64,000 nt of DNA from Octopus vulgaris (Eukaryota). Both the position numbers and the translations under genes were made by a program. Each line of letters begins with the position of its first letter. The stretch's first letter is position 1. Under the pieces are notes generated by a model, which saw only the letters and a program-made list of their open reading frames with translations, made no database searches and was not told the origin of the DNA. The stretch is taken from NCBI GenBank assembly GCA_951406725.2, contig OX597827.1, positions 73,532,001-73,596,000 of the forward strand, written 5' to 3'. Below, one piece after another: positions 52,700 to 64,000 of the stretch.

Positions 52700-52828
52700 A
52701 ATGTTCCAGTGGTAGCTTTGGTGATAGTTGCAAAGAGCATTGTCATTGTTCCCTACCATGTAACCACGTAAATGGATCATGTCCAGGTGATTGTGATGCA
52801 GGATACAGCGGATCCAGCTGTCAAGAAG
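52700..52828 (+). CDS. Host gene exon: EGF-like module, type A
   Basis: ttccag|...|gtaatt, 129 bp. [43 protein letters not shown]. Confidence 0.88.
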
Positions 52829-53062
52829 GTAATTTTCTATACTTTATTCCAAAATTATTAAATTAGTTTTTATATTTCATTTAATGTCTCTACCTGTTCA
52901 ATCTTGTTTATGATAACATATTACGTTAAGCGAAACAAATGTTTGTTTACAGGCATACGATATCTTAATTATATTTCTGAAGTAGAAAAGTATTATAGAC
53001 ATACCTTTTATTATATTCAGTAAATGATATCTAATATAATTTGTTTATACCAATATTTTCAG

Positions 53063-53197
53063 AATGTGAAGGAGATAAATTTGGTGTAAATTGTAAATAT
53101 ATATGTCACTGTGTTGACAACAAAACCTGCAACAGACGAAATGGGACATGTCCAGATGAGTGTGCTGCTGGATATGAAGGTGATAATTGTCAACAAG
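53063..53197 (+). CDS. Host gene exon: EGF-like module, type B
   Basis: ttttcag|...|gtataa, 135 bp. ECEGDKFGVNCKYICHCVDNKTCNRRNGTCPDECAAGYEGDNCQQ. Confidence 0.88.
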
Positions 53198-53486
53198 GTA
53201 TAATTTAAGTCTATATTATATTTTTAAAAATATGTCTCAACCTGTGGATTCGTTTCTTTCTAAATATATCCTGTTATGTTAATAACGTGCGAGTGGAAAT
53301 GAGGACTACACCGGTTTATAACAATTATGCTTTTCAAGCGTTCATTCACAAAAATCTTCGTAAAAAAATCAGGAAATATTTGACTCGTAATGACTATGTA
53401 TATATCTGTATGCGTGCGCGTGCGTGTCTGTGTGTTACATAATCATTCGGAGACACACACACATACACACACACACACACACACAC

Positions 53487-53536
<50 letters not shown>

Positions 53537-54544
53537 CTTACTTAATGTACGTGGATATAATGCACAAAGTCACAAAACTGCGGCGTTCGTCACGTGATGA
53601 CATCTCACATTCATGTGTTGTGATAAAAATCAGACGAAACGTTAAATTGTTTAAATCTAGATTTTTTTTTCAGCGTCATTTGTTGCAGGTATTCAGTAGC
53701 CATAGCATATTTAAACATATTTAGTTCTACTGAAACAGGAAAACAGTAATTAATAAATCACTAGTTTTCCTGTCTCCGTAGAGGTACACGCATTAATGTA
53801 TTGATATGATAACGCAAGAAATGTGCAAAACACGTAATATAGAAACAATCTGAAACTATGACCTGGCAACAATGGACTTATTAAAAATGTTAGGAACAGA
53901 ATAAATACCACTATTTCCATGCTTACAACTTATCACAGGTGTATAGTGATAAAGGGTGGTAGTAATGTAACTACTATATTCGTGATAAATACTTCGGTAA
54001 CATTTCATTGCCCAAAAGTTAGAAACGCTCACGAGTTGACGTAATGAATATTTTAGAAAAATATGTTAAATACTTTAAATATTTTAGAAATAGATGTTAA
54101 TACTGCCTTCAAATGAGGGTTGCCGGGCATGTTTTATCATGCACAGCATGAAATCAATTGATGTTGGAATATGTAATAAAACTACCTTCAATTTCCCTCC
54201 TGAAGGCAGGCCTATTTTTTAAAATGTTCATTAAATTGCTCGTGTGTGTATTTATCGCAGAATTGGTGGGTTTTCTTAAGCTTTCACTTTAATTTTTTGC
54301 AAGCGGTATTTTTACCCTTCTTTTTTCAAATATTATAACTGTTTATGTAGAAGTCTTGCTAGCCACCTCATTATTACTGTTTCTAACAGTGATAATACTT
54401 CACATATTTACTCATATATATATATATATATATATATCGAAATTTGCCATGATGAATCGGTTTCTGACTGAAGAATGAATGCTCTGAATGACAGTCTGTT
54501 TTCCGTGTTCGTCAATTCGTGAATTTCACGCTCTTTATATACAA

Positions 54545-54692
<148 letters not shown>

Positions 54693-55092
54693 GAGGAAGG
54701 AATAGAGAGGGAGGTTAGAATTCTGTTTTACCAAAACTGTAGCTCTAATGTATAACGTGAAGATAACGTCGACAATTTTCTCAGACCACACGACAGAATT
54801 GAGGAGGTATTGTTCAAAACCAACTATTGAAAGAATCTGCCACAGTGCACTACAAGATAGGTCAACAATCTGAAGTCGATTTGTTAACTGCAGACTCAAA
54901 GAGGATAAGGGAAGTACTAAATAAACAATTCTCGGGTGTCTTCTCTCCACTGGGAAACATCAAGCGCTGCAGTTCCGTCCAACTTGTCAAGCATAATACC
55001 GAAGGGAGACCCAAAACTTGTGAAAGTCTGTGCTTCAGTACGGCCCTAACCCCTGACTGAAAACAGTAAGAGAGTAAAAGAAAATATATATA

Positions 55093-55604
55093 CATTCGGT
55101 TATCCCATAAATAATGCAGTTTTTTAACCTTCATTTTTTTTTAAACTTAAGATAAATAAAGTACTTTTTTAATCTAAATTTTTCTACAATACTTTTCCAT
55201 CTTGAATGACCAAAACCAAGCTGCTGTACTAGTTCCTCAACAGTTACGATGGGATTTTGTTCCGCCAGAATTTGCAAGACATCTTTCTCGAGCTCTACAG
55301 ATCTTCCAAGATGTGGCTCGTCTTCTATGTTGTTGTTTCCGGCTCGGAATTTCTGGAACCACAGTTGAAACTGGCTTACACTTATTGTCCAATCCCCATA
55401 CACTGCATTAATATCCCTCGCATTTTCCGTTTCTTTGTTGCCTTTGTTGAACTCATAATAAAACAAACTTGCACTAAGAATAAGGAAGAGGGAACATTAC
55501 TATCTGCTTCATAGCAGGTTGATGCAGGTAATTTATCCCATCCTATTTCAACTTTTAGTTCATGCGATTGAAAAACACCGCATTATTTATGGAATGACCC
55601 AATA
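55093..55604 (-). mobile_element. Internally deleted mariner element
   Basis: TIRs att(c/g)ggt(t/c)at(c/t)ccataaataatgc at both ends. Transposase N-terminus MFYYEFNKGNKETENARDINAVYG...QLWFQKFRAGNNNIEDEPHLGRS. Confidence 0.85.
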
Positions 55605-55919
55605 CATGTGTATATATATATATTTATATATATATATATATGTATGTATGTATTTATATATATTAAATCCAAAAACACGAAGAACAAACACAAGAAAAAA
55701 AAACAACAACGTAAAGAGTGATACATGCAAAGTATTAGCAGTGCTCAAGGGAAGGAAAGAACATTGGGTTTACGGTTCGAGCGAAGCCCTTCTTCAGAAA
55801 CAGGAGACTGAAAAGTCCAATAGATGGAGGAAAATTATCGCCAACGATTCACATTTTGAAAATACGGGAAACAGTTCGAAGACAGGAAGTGTAAGAGAAG
55901 GAGGTATGACTCTGTATGT

Positions 55920-56930
55920 TTTAGTATGTGCGTGTGCGCTAGTCTGCGTGTGGGTGTGGGTGTAATGGTATGTGTGTGTATGCGTGTGTGTGTGGAGTTT
56001 GTGTGGTCTTGGATGTTTATATGTGGATGTGTGAGTGAACTTTGTCTCTTAAAGTTGGAAACATTCAGCAGCATGGTAACAGGAGTGGTGGTCCTTTGTG
56101 GAGTTATGTCTCTTCACATGTGCGTAGAGGAATGGTCAGTAGAAATGTGTTTGGGAGGCAGTTTGAAGTATTGTGTGCATGTGTATGTATGTGTGCGTCT
56201 ATGTATATGCTGTGTGTGCGTCTATGTATATGCTGTGTGTGTGTCTTGTGTGTGGTGTATGCATATGGTGTGTGCGTGTGTGTGCGTTCGTGTGCACATA
56301 TGTGTATGTGCGTATGTGTATGTTCGTGTGTATATGTGTGTGTGCATGTGTATATGTGTGTGCGTGTGGACGTTGGGTTGTGTGTGTGTATATGTATGTG
56401 CATGTGTTTGTATGTGTGTGCCTGTGCATGTGTGTGTGTGCGTGTGTGTGTGTGCGTATGTATATGTTGTGTGTGTACGTGTGTGCGTGTATGTGTGTAT
56501 GCACGTTTGTGTATGTGTGTGCTTGAGGTTGTGTGTGTTAGGTATGTGTGCATTTCTACGCGCGTGTGTGTGTGTGCGTGTGTGTATGTGTATATGTGTG
56601 TATTGTTTGTGTGCTTGTATGTGCGTGTTGTGTGTGTATGATATGTGTGGTACATGTGCAGTCGTGTCTGTGCACGTGCGTGTATGTGTGCGTATGTGTG
56701 TTTATGTATACGTGTGTATGGTTGTGTGTATATGTGAGTATGTGCATGGAGTTGTGTGTGTGGAGTTATATTTGCGTTCGTGTATGCGTGCGTGGGTGTG
56801 TGTGTGTATGCGCATGCGTGCGTGTGTAAGTGCATGTGTGTGTCTGTGTGTATGTGTGTGTACCTGCATGTATGTGTGTGCATGTGTGTGCATATGTACG
56901 TGTGTGAATGTATGTGTGCGTGTATATAGA
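55920..56930. repeat. Degenerate (GT)-rich low-complexity tract
   Basis: About 1 kb of tgtgtg/tgtatg/tgcgtg. It is the source of the spurious VCVC and HTHT ORFs. Confidence 0.9.
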
Positions 56931-57249
56931 AATAAAATAAAATATGATAAAGAAGGTCGGTAAAAAAGGGGCAAAAATGGAGAAGGTTACAAGATGAAAA
57001 AATTAAAAATTAATAAAAAATTCAAAAATAACAGATATAAGATAAAAAATAAAAAGTAATGAATAAAAAGTAAAAAAATTAAAATTTAAACAAAATTAAA
57101 TTAATGAAATAGAAATTTTAAAAATTATAAAAAATAATACAATAAATTTTTTTAATTCGACGGAAAAAACGATAAAAAACAATAAAAAATCGTAAAATAG
57201 GTAACAGTGCAAAAAAGTAAATGGTTATGAGAGAAGATAAAATAAAATA

Positions 57250-57800
57250 AAATAAAAGGGTTTAGAGGCAGTCGTTATGAGGAGGGGGTTATGCTGAGTA
57301 CGAAGGGAGTTTATGTTTGTTGACTGAAAATATAACGCTTTTCCAGGCGGAGTCGAGAGTGTGGATCTGTGGTGCAAGGCGAGGCCAAAAATGGAGATAT
57401 AAGAGGTGAAGTGGTTGGCCAAACGGAAATGACGGGCGACGGGAATGTTCGTGCGTAGCCGAACATCTCGTAGATGTTCCGTGAACCGGTCGGCCAGGCA
57501 GCAGTCCGTCTGACCAACGTAGAGTTTATTGCAGAGATTATCTCTAATGCAATAGATAAGGCTTGAAGAGGTGCAAGAGGAGTTTTTAATGTGGAGGGTT
57601 TGGTATTTGAATCCAGTGAGGGAGGTGGTGTTGCTGATGAAAGGGCAAGTGTAGCAGCGGGATCTATAGTAAGGAAAGCATCTGGGTGGGGCTGGGAGGG
57701 AAGCGGGGAAGGTGCTACGGATTAGTAGATCGCGTAGGTTACGGGTGCATTTAAAGGACGGCAGGGGTGGGTTGGGGAAATGGGGTGGGTGGTGGTATCT
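57250..57800 (-). mobile_element. Penelope-like GIY-YIG endonuclease fragment (same family as 18150)
   Basis: RNLRDLLIRS...RCYTCPFI...CTSSSLIYCI..NLCNKLYVGQT....DRFTEHLRDVR....PVARHF. Confidence 0.85.
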
Positions 57801-58035
57801 AGCTGGAGACAACGGAAGACCCATAGGATCCTCTGACTAAGGGGTGCTAATTTAAAAAAGACTTCAGCAACTGTTACTCAGAATGTAAAACGAAAGTTCA
57901 TCGGACATTTGTGATAATCCAGAAAAACTAAATTATGTGATTATATATAATATGAGATCTTAATGAATACAGTTCAACGAAACTAGTTATTCATCAAGAA
58001 TTATAGTTTCTGTACTTAAAATAATATTATACAAG

Positions 58036-58083
<48 letters not shown>

Positions 58084-58869
58084 GGAGTAAGCACATAAAT
58101 GTGAAACAAGGATGTATAAAAGAGTACTCAAATACCAGAGGTAAAGTAATATACTTTATTTGAAAGCAGCAGAAATATAGCATAGAAAAGAAAGAAAGAA
58201 AGAAAGAAAGATAGGTGGCTTAATATGTATAACGAATGTACACAAAATAAAATTACGTATTCATATGTATACAAAAGTGTATATTAGCATATAAATACAC
58301 ATATAAGATTACATATATAAATATATGGAAATATGCACGTAAATACACATCCACACAAATATAAGTGAATACATGCATGCATATACATCCTTATGTGTAT
58401 GTGCACAAGTATAAACATACAAGTTTACTTACACTCATATATAGAGGCATAGATAAGAATACATATGCATGCCAACAATACAAATATCCACATAAAACAT
58501 GTCAAGGTCCCTACCTATATATACAAACAACACATTTTTTTTTTAAATGCTGAGTGCATAATAATAAAATTCGGATAAAAGACATACAAAATATAACACC
58601 CTATATCGAATTATCTATAAATTAAACGATTAAAGTGGGTTTATAAAATACAATAAAATGAAATAAAATAAAATATAAGTAGAATCTTAAACAAGGAAAT
58701 AATATATGCATACAACAGTCGAAGGTTTTTCTTAAGAAATATGTCGAAATATATACAATATCCTAGCGATGCGAAATAAATCAAGTATTATAAGCAACAA
58801 ATCCAACAGTGTGATTAAAAACTAGTCCAAGATTCAAAAAATATATACACTAACCATATGGTATACTGC

Positions 58870-59340
58870 TAGTTGACATTTTAAATTTAGTTGCGTGTCT
58901 GCAGGATTTCAAGTGTTCGCGTCTTTGATTTAAAGATTTGTTGTCCTGGAATAAAATATAATATTTTTCCAGCAGGCATAAATCACATTCGATGGGTCTT
59001 TCATGCGCAGCGAGCTGTAAGGTGAAACTCTATTTAAAATTCTCCATGTCATGTTGAAAGTCGGGTTTCGTTTTCTTTTAATTCGTTTGAGCTGTCTATC
59101 TGCACCTTGGCTCTGTACTTGATTCTTTTCTCCAGATGGGAACTTTTGTCCGTTGGATGGAAAATGTATATATGCATGTATAGTTGGAAGGAAAATGTAT
59201 CTATAGTAGCCTCAAAACATCTTCCCATCATTGATCGGGTAATTGAGCAATGTATATACGTTTTTGTTTTTCCACTGCACTTGTTTATTCAGGAACCTCC
59301 TCAGGAAGGCTGCAGAGTGTGCCAGTCGAATATTCAATTT
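58870..59340 (-). mobile_element. Decayed Penelope-like GIY-YIG C-terminus (different subfamily)
   Basis: - strand FNMTWRILNRVSPY...KYYILFQDNKSLNQRREHLKSCRHATKFKM matches the typical PLE endonuclease tail. Confidence 0.6.
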
Positions 59341-60525
59341 CTTCCTACGAAACACGCGGCGGATTGCAGACACTTAACTTTCGGTTGAACCATTCTATTC
59401 TTAGATATTCGGTTTTTCTGTTGATGTCCTGGTGTTTATTTAATAATTCGTTTTTTAATAATGTTTTTTTAATTTCTTGCCTCGCTATTTACGGACTGTT
59501 TTTATATTATTTTTTACTTCGAGTTCCATTGTAGAAAAACGATTTACTAGATGTCCTTCTAAACCCAGATAACGTGTGCACAAATACACACACACACATA
59601 CGCGCGTGCATAGGTATAGAAAGATAAATAGATAGATAGAGAGAGAGAGAGATATATATATATACATACATACATGCATATATACATAAATATATACATA
59701 CATGCATATATGCATATCCTTATCTTTCACCATTTTTGTTTCCATTATGCGGCCATGCTGTGGCACACATTGAAGGGTTTAGTCGAGCCTACGTACATTT
59801 GTGTATACGTATATGGATGCATACATACACGCATACATACATACACGTGCATATACACTTTCATTTAGTGTTTGGGTATCTTTGGCATTCTTCATCAGTT
59901 ACCATTTTAATGTGAAATTCTCCTAATACTCTCAGTTAAATCAAGCCCCTTGTTTCATTTGTCTTGTTACTTCTCACAAACCACAAATAAAAGGATACTT
60001 ATGTTATATAAACAGAAATTGTTATAATGTTTGTACTTATGGCGAATTATCAGTAATTTGTGAGTATTTAACATTCCATTATGTTGCTTATAATATATAC
60101 TCTTTGTCCGATGGATCAATACGACCATTTTGAAAATAGACACATTCTATGATTGAGGCGTGTGAATTATTAAAAGCTAGGTAAATGGATTTTATGACAT
60201 TGAAGGAGATTTTCTTGTAATATTAGTTGTCTTATTAATGACGTCGCAAAATGATAGAATATGAGTATTATTGTCAATATATTCATGACAGTACGGTATC
60301 TAGATGTGTGTATTTTTTTACATCTTTTGATGGACACAAAAGTATTGAATGAATTAATAACATCACTGACGTTACATAACAGTTGCAGAAGTTATATTGG
60401 CATAACATGTGTGTGTTCGACACACCAATCTCATTGTATTTCTTCATGATTTCAGTTAACAACGTACATAATATTATTTTCAATTTATTCTGCAAGAAAT
60501 TCACATGTAGCCACTATTACACTAG

Positions 60526-60651
60526 TCTGTTCTAGGTTTACATTTGGTCCTCAGTGCAAAAAGTCTTGTCATTGTTCCAAACCATGTAACCACATCAATG
60601 GATCGTGTCCAGGTGAATGTGACCCAGGGTACACCGGATTCAACTGCCAAG
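60526..60651 (+). CDS. Host gene exon: EGF-like module, type A (one codon shorter)
   Basis: actag|...|gttaat, 126 bp. VCSRFTFGPQCKKSCHCSKPCNHINGSCPGECDPGYTGFNCQ. Splice signals are weaker. Confidence 0.7.
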
Positions 60652-60896
60652 GTTAATTTCAATACATTTTATCCTAATAGTATTAATTTCTCTATATTTC
60701 ATTTAATCTTTTTAGGCGTAGATAACTTTCTTACATATCATAAGAGACAACTATAATGTTATCATAACTCCGATATGCAATGAAATATATGCTGTTGATA
60801 TAATTAGAATTCTAAAGTTAGAAACTATTAGAGACAAGCGCTTTATTACTTTTAGCTAATGATATCTAATGTAATATTTTATATTAATGTGTTCAG

Positions 60897-61031
60897 TGTG
60901 CAGAGAGGGTAAATTTGGTGCCAATTGTAGTGGTGTATGTCATTGTGTTCACAACAAAAACTGCAACAAACAAAATGGAAGCTGTTCAGATGGATGTTCT
61001 GCTGGATATGATGGTGTCAGTTGTCTGCAAG
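60897..61031 (+). CDS. Host gene exon: EGF-like module, type B
   Basis: gttcag|...|gtataa, 135 bp. VCREGKFGANCSGVCHCVHNKNCNKQNGSCSDGCSAGYDGVSCLQ. Confidence 0.85.
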
Positions 61032-61253
61032 GTATAATTTAAGTTTATATTTTCTTTTAATAAAATGCATGTCTCAATTAATACATCTGTTCGTTTCTTA
61101 GATTATCCATAATATTTTAGTAAATCTTTATGTTTGTACAAACGAAAATGAAATCAACATTGTCTATAAAAGAATATATTCTCTAAGCATTCATTCATTA
61201 ACTACTTTCTAAGTTATACTGAAAGATAGCACTCCCAAACATCATATTAATTT

Positions 61254-61302
<49 letters not shown>

Positions 61303-62476
61303 CCCATATTTTGATGACCTTAGTTTAATATGCGTGCATAGTAACTTGAATCAAACAATTTTAAATATGAATTACTCCTTCGATAATTATTCTAATTGAA
61401 GAGGTAGTTCGTATCTGTCAATATTGCACACATTTCACATATTGGTTTATGATTGTGATAGATTGTGTGACATTTATACGAAAGATAAATGTGATGCCAT
61501 ACTATTCATGCCTTACTCATTCCCAGAATATGTGCCTGTGGAATGATATAAATATATTTTGCCAGTAAAAGCAGGGTATGGTCATATTATACATTACAGT
61601 TTTAACTACATAATTCGCTGTATTGTTATATCTCACAACAATATTTATGTATATTAATAATGCTTTAAATATGAAACTGGAATTTATGTTAGAGATTATG
61701 CTAGACTGGGAATAAAAGCAGAAACCAAATGTAGAACCGATACCTAAACACATGTTTTGTAACAAGATGGTATATATAGTAAATTATCAACAATTGTCTT
61801 TTTCTTTTATTATATAGCATATTAATTAATATCTACATCGTAGGCTAATGTCATAAATAACCTAAATATTACATTTTTGTAAATCCCACCAACAATACAT
61901 AACCATTGTTAGAGGTTGGAAAATGCTGATAGTTAACTGAAATTATTTTCATATTATACGGTACATCTCATTATACGGTACATATGCTGCAATATCAACA
62001 TCCTAGACTGATTTGTATTTCACTCATGGCATTATTACTCTAAACTGACTAGTTATCTTTAGATATCAGCGTTTATTAATCAGAGGAAAGCCAAAAAATG
62101 ACTGATCTACACGAAGGCTGTATGGCTTTGATGCATACAATATTCGTGCTGGACGAGTTCATAAGTTGACCAAGATACTCAAATGGAATAACATCAATGA
62201 GGCTTACTTTTCAAAACAGTCCCCCCTGCATTCCATACATTTCTTCAATCGGAGTTGCAGTGCTTGGATCCCATTGCTGAAGAAGCTTTCAACCCGTTGT
62301 TAAAAAATATGGACAGCGGATATGACATCATCGCCATTGCGATCCTAGTTCCCAGCCAAATGTTTTTACGCTGAAGCATAGTAATACCAAATATATAATG
62401 CGTGTGTTTTTATTGGCTAAAGTGGCAAAATGGGAATTCCTAAATACAACGATATATACATATGTATATATATATG

Positions 62477-62517
<41 letters not shown>

Positions 62518-62674
62518 TATATATATATATTATATATATATTATATGTATATTACGTTCCTAATTAAAATGAAATTTTAAAACGGGGGATTAGTGTATAT
62601 GTGGTTGTAGTACAAAACACACAGACGCATGTTCGTACTTATATACATACAAACACATACATATATCTGCATAT

Positions 62675-62720
<46 letters not shown>

Positions 62721-62795
62721 GTCTTTCATATGTTATATACATACGTACATATATATACAATTGAAATTTACAGAATCTATCTATCTATCTATACA

Positions 62796-62834
<39 letters not shown>

Positions 62835-62837
<3 letters not shown>

Positions 62838-63169
62838 AAAGACCCCTTTCGGTCATGAATGACCATGGGATTGCACCTAGAAAGTTACCCTCCTAGACAC
62901 AAGTCTGGGCAAGGTTGTTTATGGAAGACCAGCAGTCGCCCATGCATACCAGCCTCCCCTCTCCACGCCACCAGTGTTATCCAAGGGAAAGACAAAGGTC
63001 GATACAGTTTGGCACCAGTGACGTCGCAACTCATTTCTACAGCTGAGTGAACTGGAGCAACGTGAAATAAAGTGCCTTGCTCAAGAACACAACACGCAGC
63101 CCGGTCCGGGATTCGAGCTCACAACCTCACGATCGTAAGCTCGATGCTCTAACCACTGAGCCATGCGCC

Positions 63170-63172
<3 letters not shown>
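62835..63172 (-). mobile_element. tRNA-derived SINE, near full length
   Basis: - strand gaaggcgcatggctcagtggttagagc (A box)...gagctcgaatccc (B box)...gtgttcttgagcaaggcactt. A decayed relative lies at ~51640-51870. Confidence 0.8.
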
Positions 63173-63262
<90 letters not shown>

Positions 63263-63582
63263 GAAGGTTTGGAGATGATGTACAGGTATTATATATTAGA
63301 AGAAATGAGGTAATCAGAAGATCGGATGGTTTATATTTATAGATATATATTTATATATTACATTTTTTATATATATATCATATCACTTAGATCATTAGCG
63401 CTTTCTCCCATTCTAGTGGGGTTTATGTATATTTATGTCTATATGTATGTGCATATATATATAGGAAGAAAGAGAGAGAAAGGAGGAAGATTGATAGAGG
63501 GAGAAAGATTGTGCGAATGGGTGTGGGTGCATGTGTGTATGTGTGTATGTGTGTGTGTGAGTATGTCTGTGTGTGTGTGTGT

Positions 63583-63617
<35 letters not shown>

Positions 63618-63863
63618 CCTCTAGAATGGGAGAAAGCGCTAATGATCTAAGTGATATGATATATAAAAAGTAGCGGTAACACATCGTGACGCATATTTGC
63701 CATTTGAATATATGTGTCTATAGCCAGCTGGAGGAGGTATCTTCCTGGGGCTACAAACTACAGTAGCATCCACCCTTAGGGGTTAGCCATATTCAAATGG
63801 CAAATATGCGTCACGATGTGTTACCGCTACTGTTTATAACTCGCTCTGAGATTTATCATTGTT

Positions 63864-64000
63864 ACTCTTTTACTCTTTTACTCTTTTACTTGTTTCAGTC
63901 ATTTGACTGCGGCCATGCTGGAGCACCGCCTTTAATCGAGCAACTCGACCCCGGGACTTATTCTTTGTAAGCCCAGTATTTATTCTATCGGTCTGTTTTG
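63864..64000 (-). mobile_element. SINE 3' tail (truncated by window end)
   Basis: - strand ...ggcggtgctccagcatggccgcagtcaaatgactgaaacaagtaaaagagtaaaagag. Confidence 0.7.

Overview
AT-rich, microsatellite-dense eukaryotic DNA with four 100-N gaps. The SINE, LINE and Penelope content resembles octopus (coleoid cephalopod) genomes; this is an inference. The window holds part of one large + strand multi-exon gene that the ORF track mostly misses. It has two exons encoding an F-type (fucolectin) lectin domain (16367-16624, 29488-29670), followed by ten intact phase-1/phase-1 exons that each encode one 8-Cys EGF/laminin-EGF-like module (MEGF10/SREC-like). One decayed pseudo-exon and one exon remnant are also present, and both gene ends are unresolved. 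The EGF array grew by local duplication: a tandem ~3 kb unit carrying a Tc1, and a displaced 1.44 kb exon-bearing copy flanked by a ~70 bp direct repeat. The introns are filled with CR1-like, L1/Tx1-like, R4-like and RTE LINE fragments, Helitrons, Tc1/mariner elements, tRNA-SINEs and many Penelope-like remnants. Several Penelope-like ends carry minimal hammerhead ribozymes and form foldbacks. The most striking structure is a hammerhead-bearing foldback at 50952-51477 whose 192 bp loop is an exact copy of host sequence 829 bp upstream.
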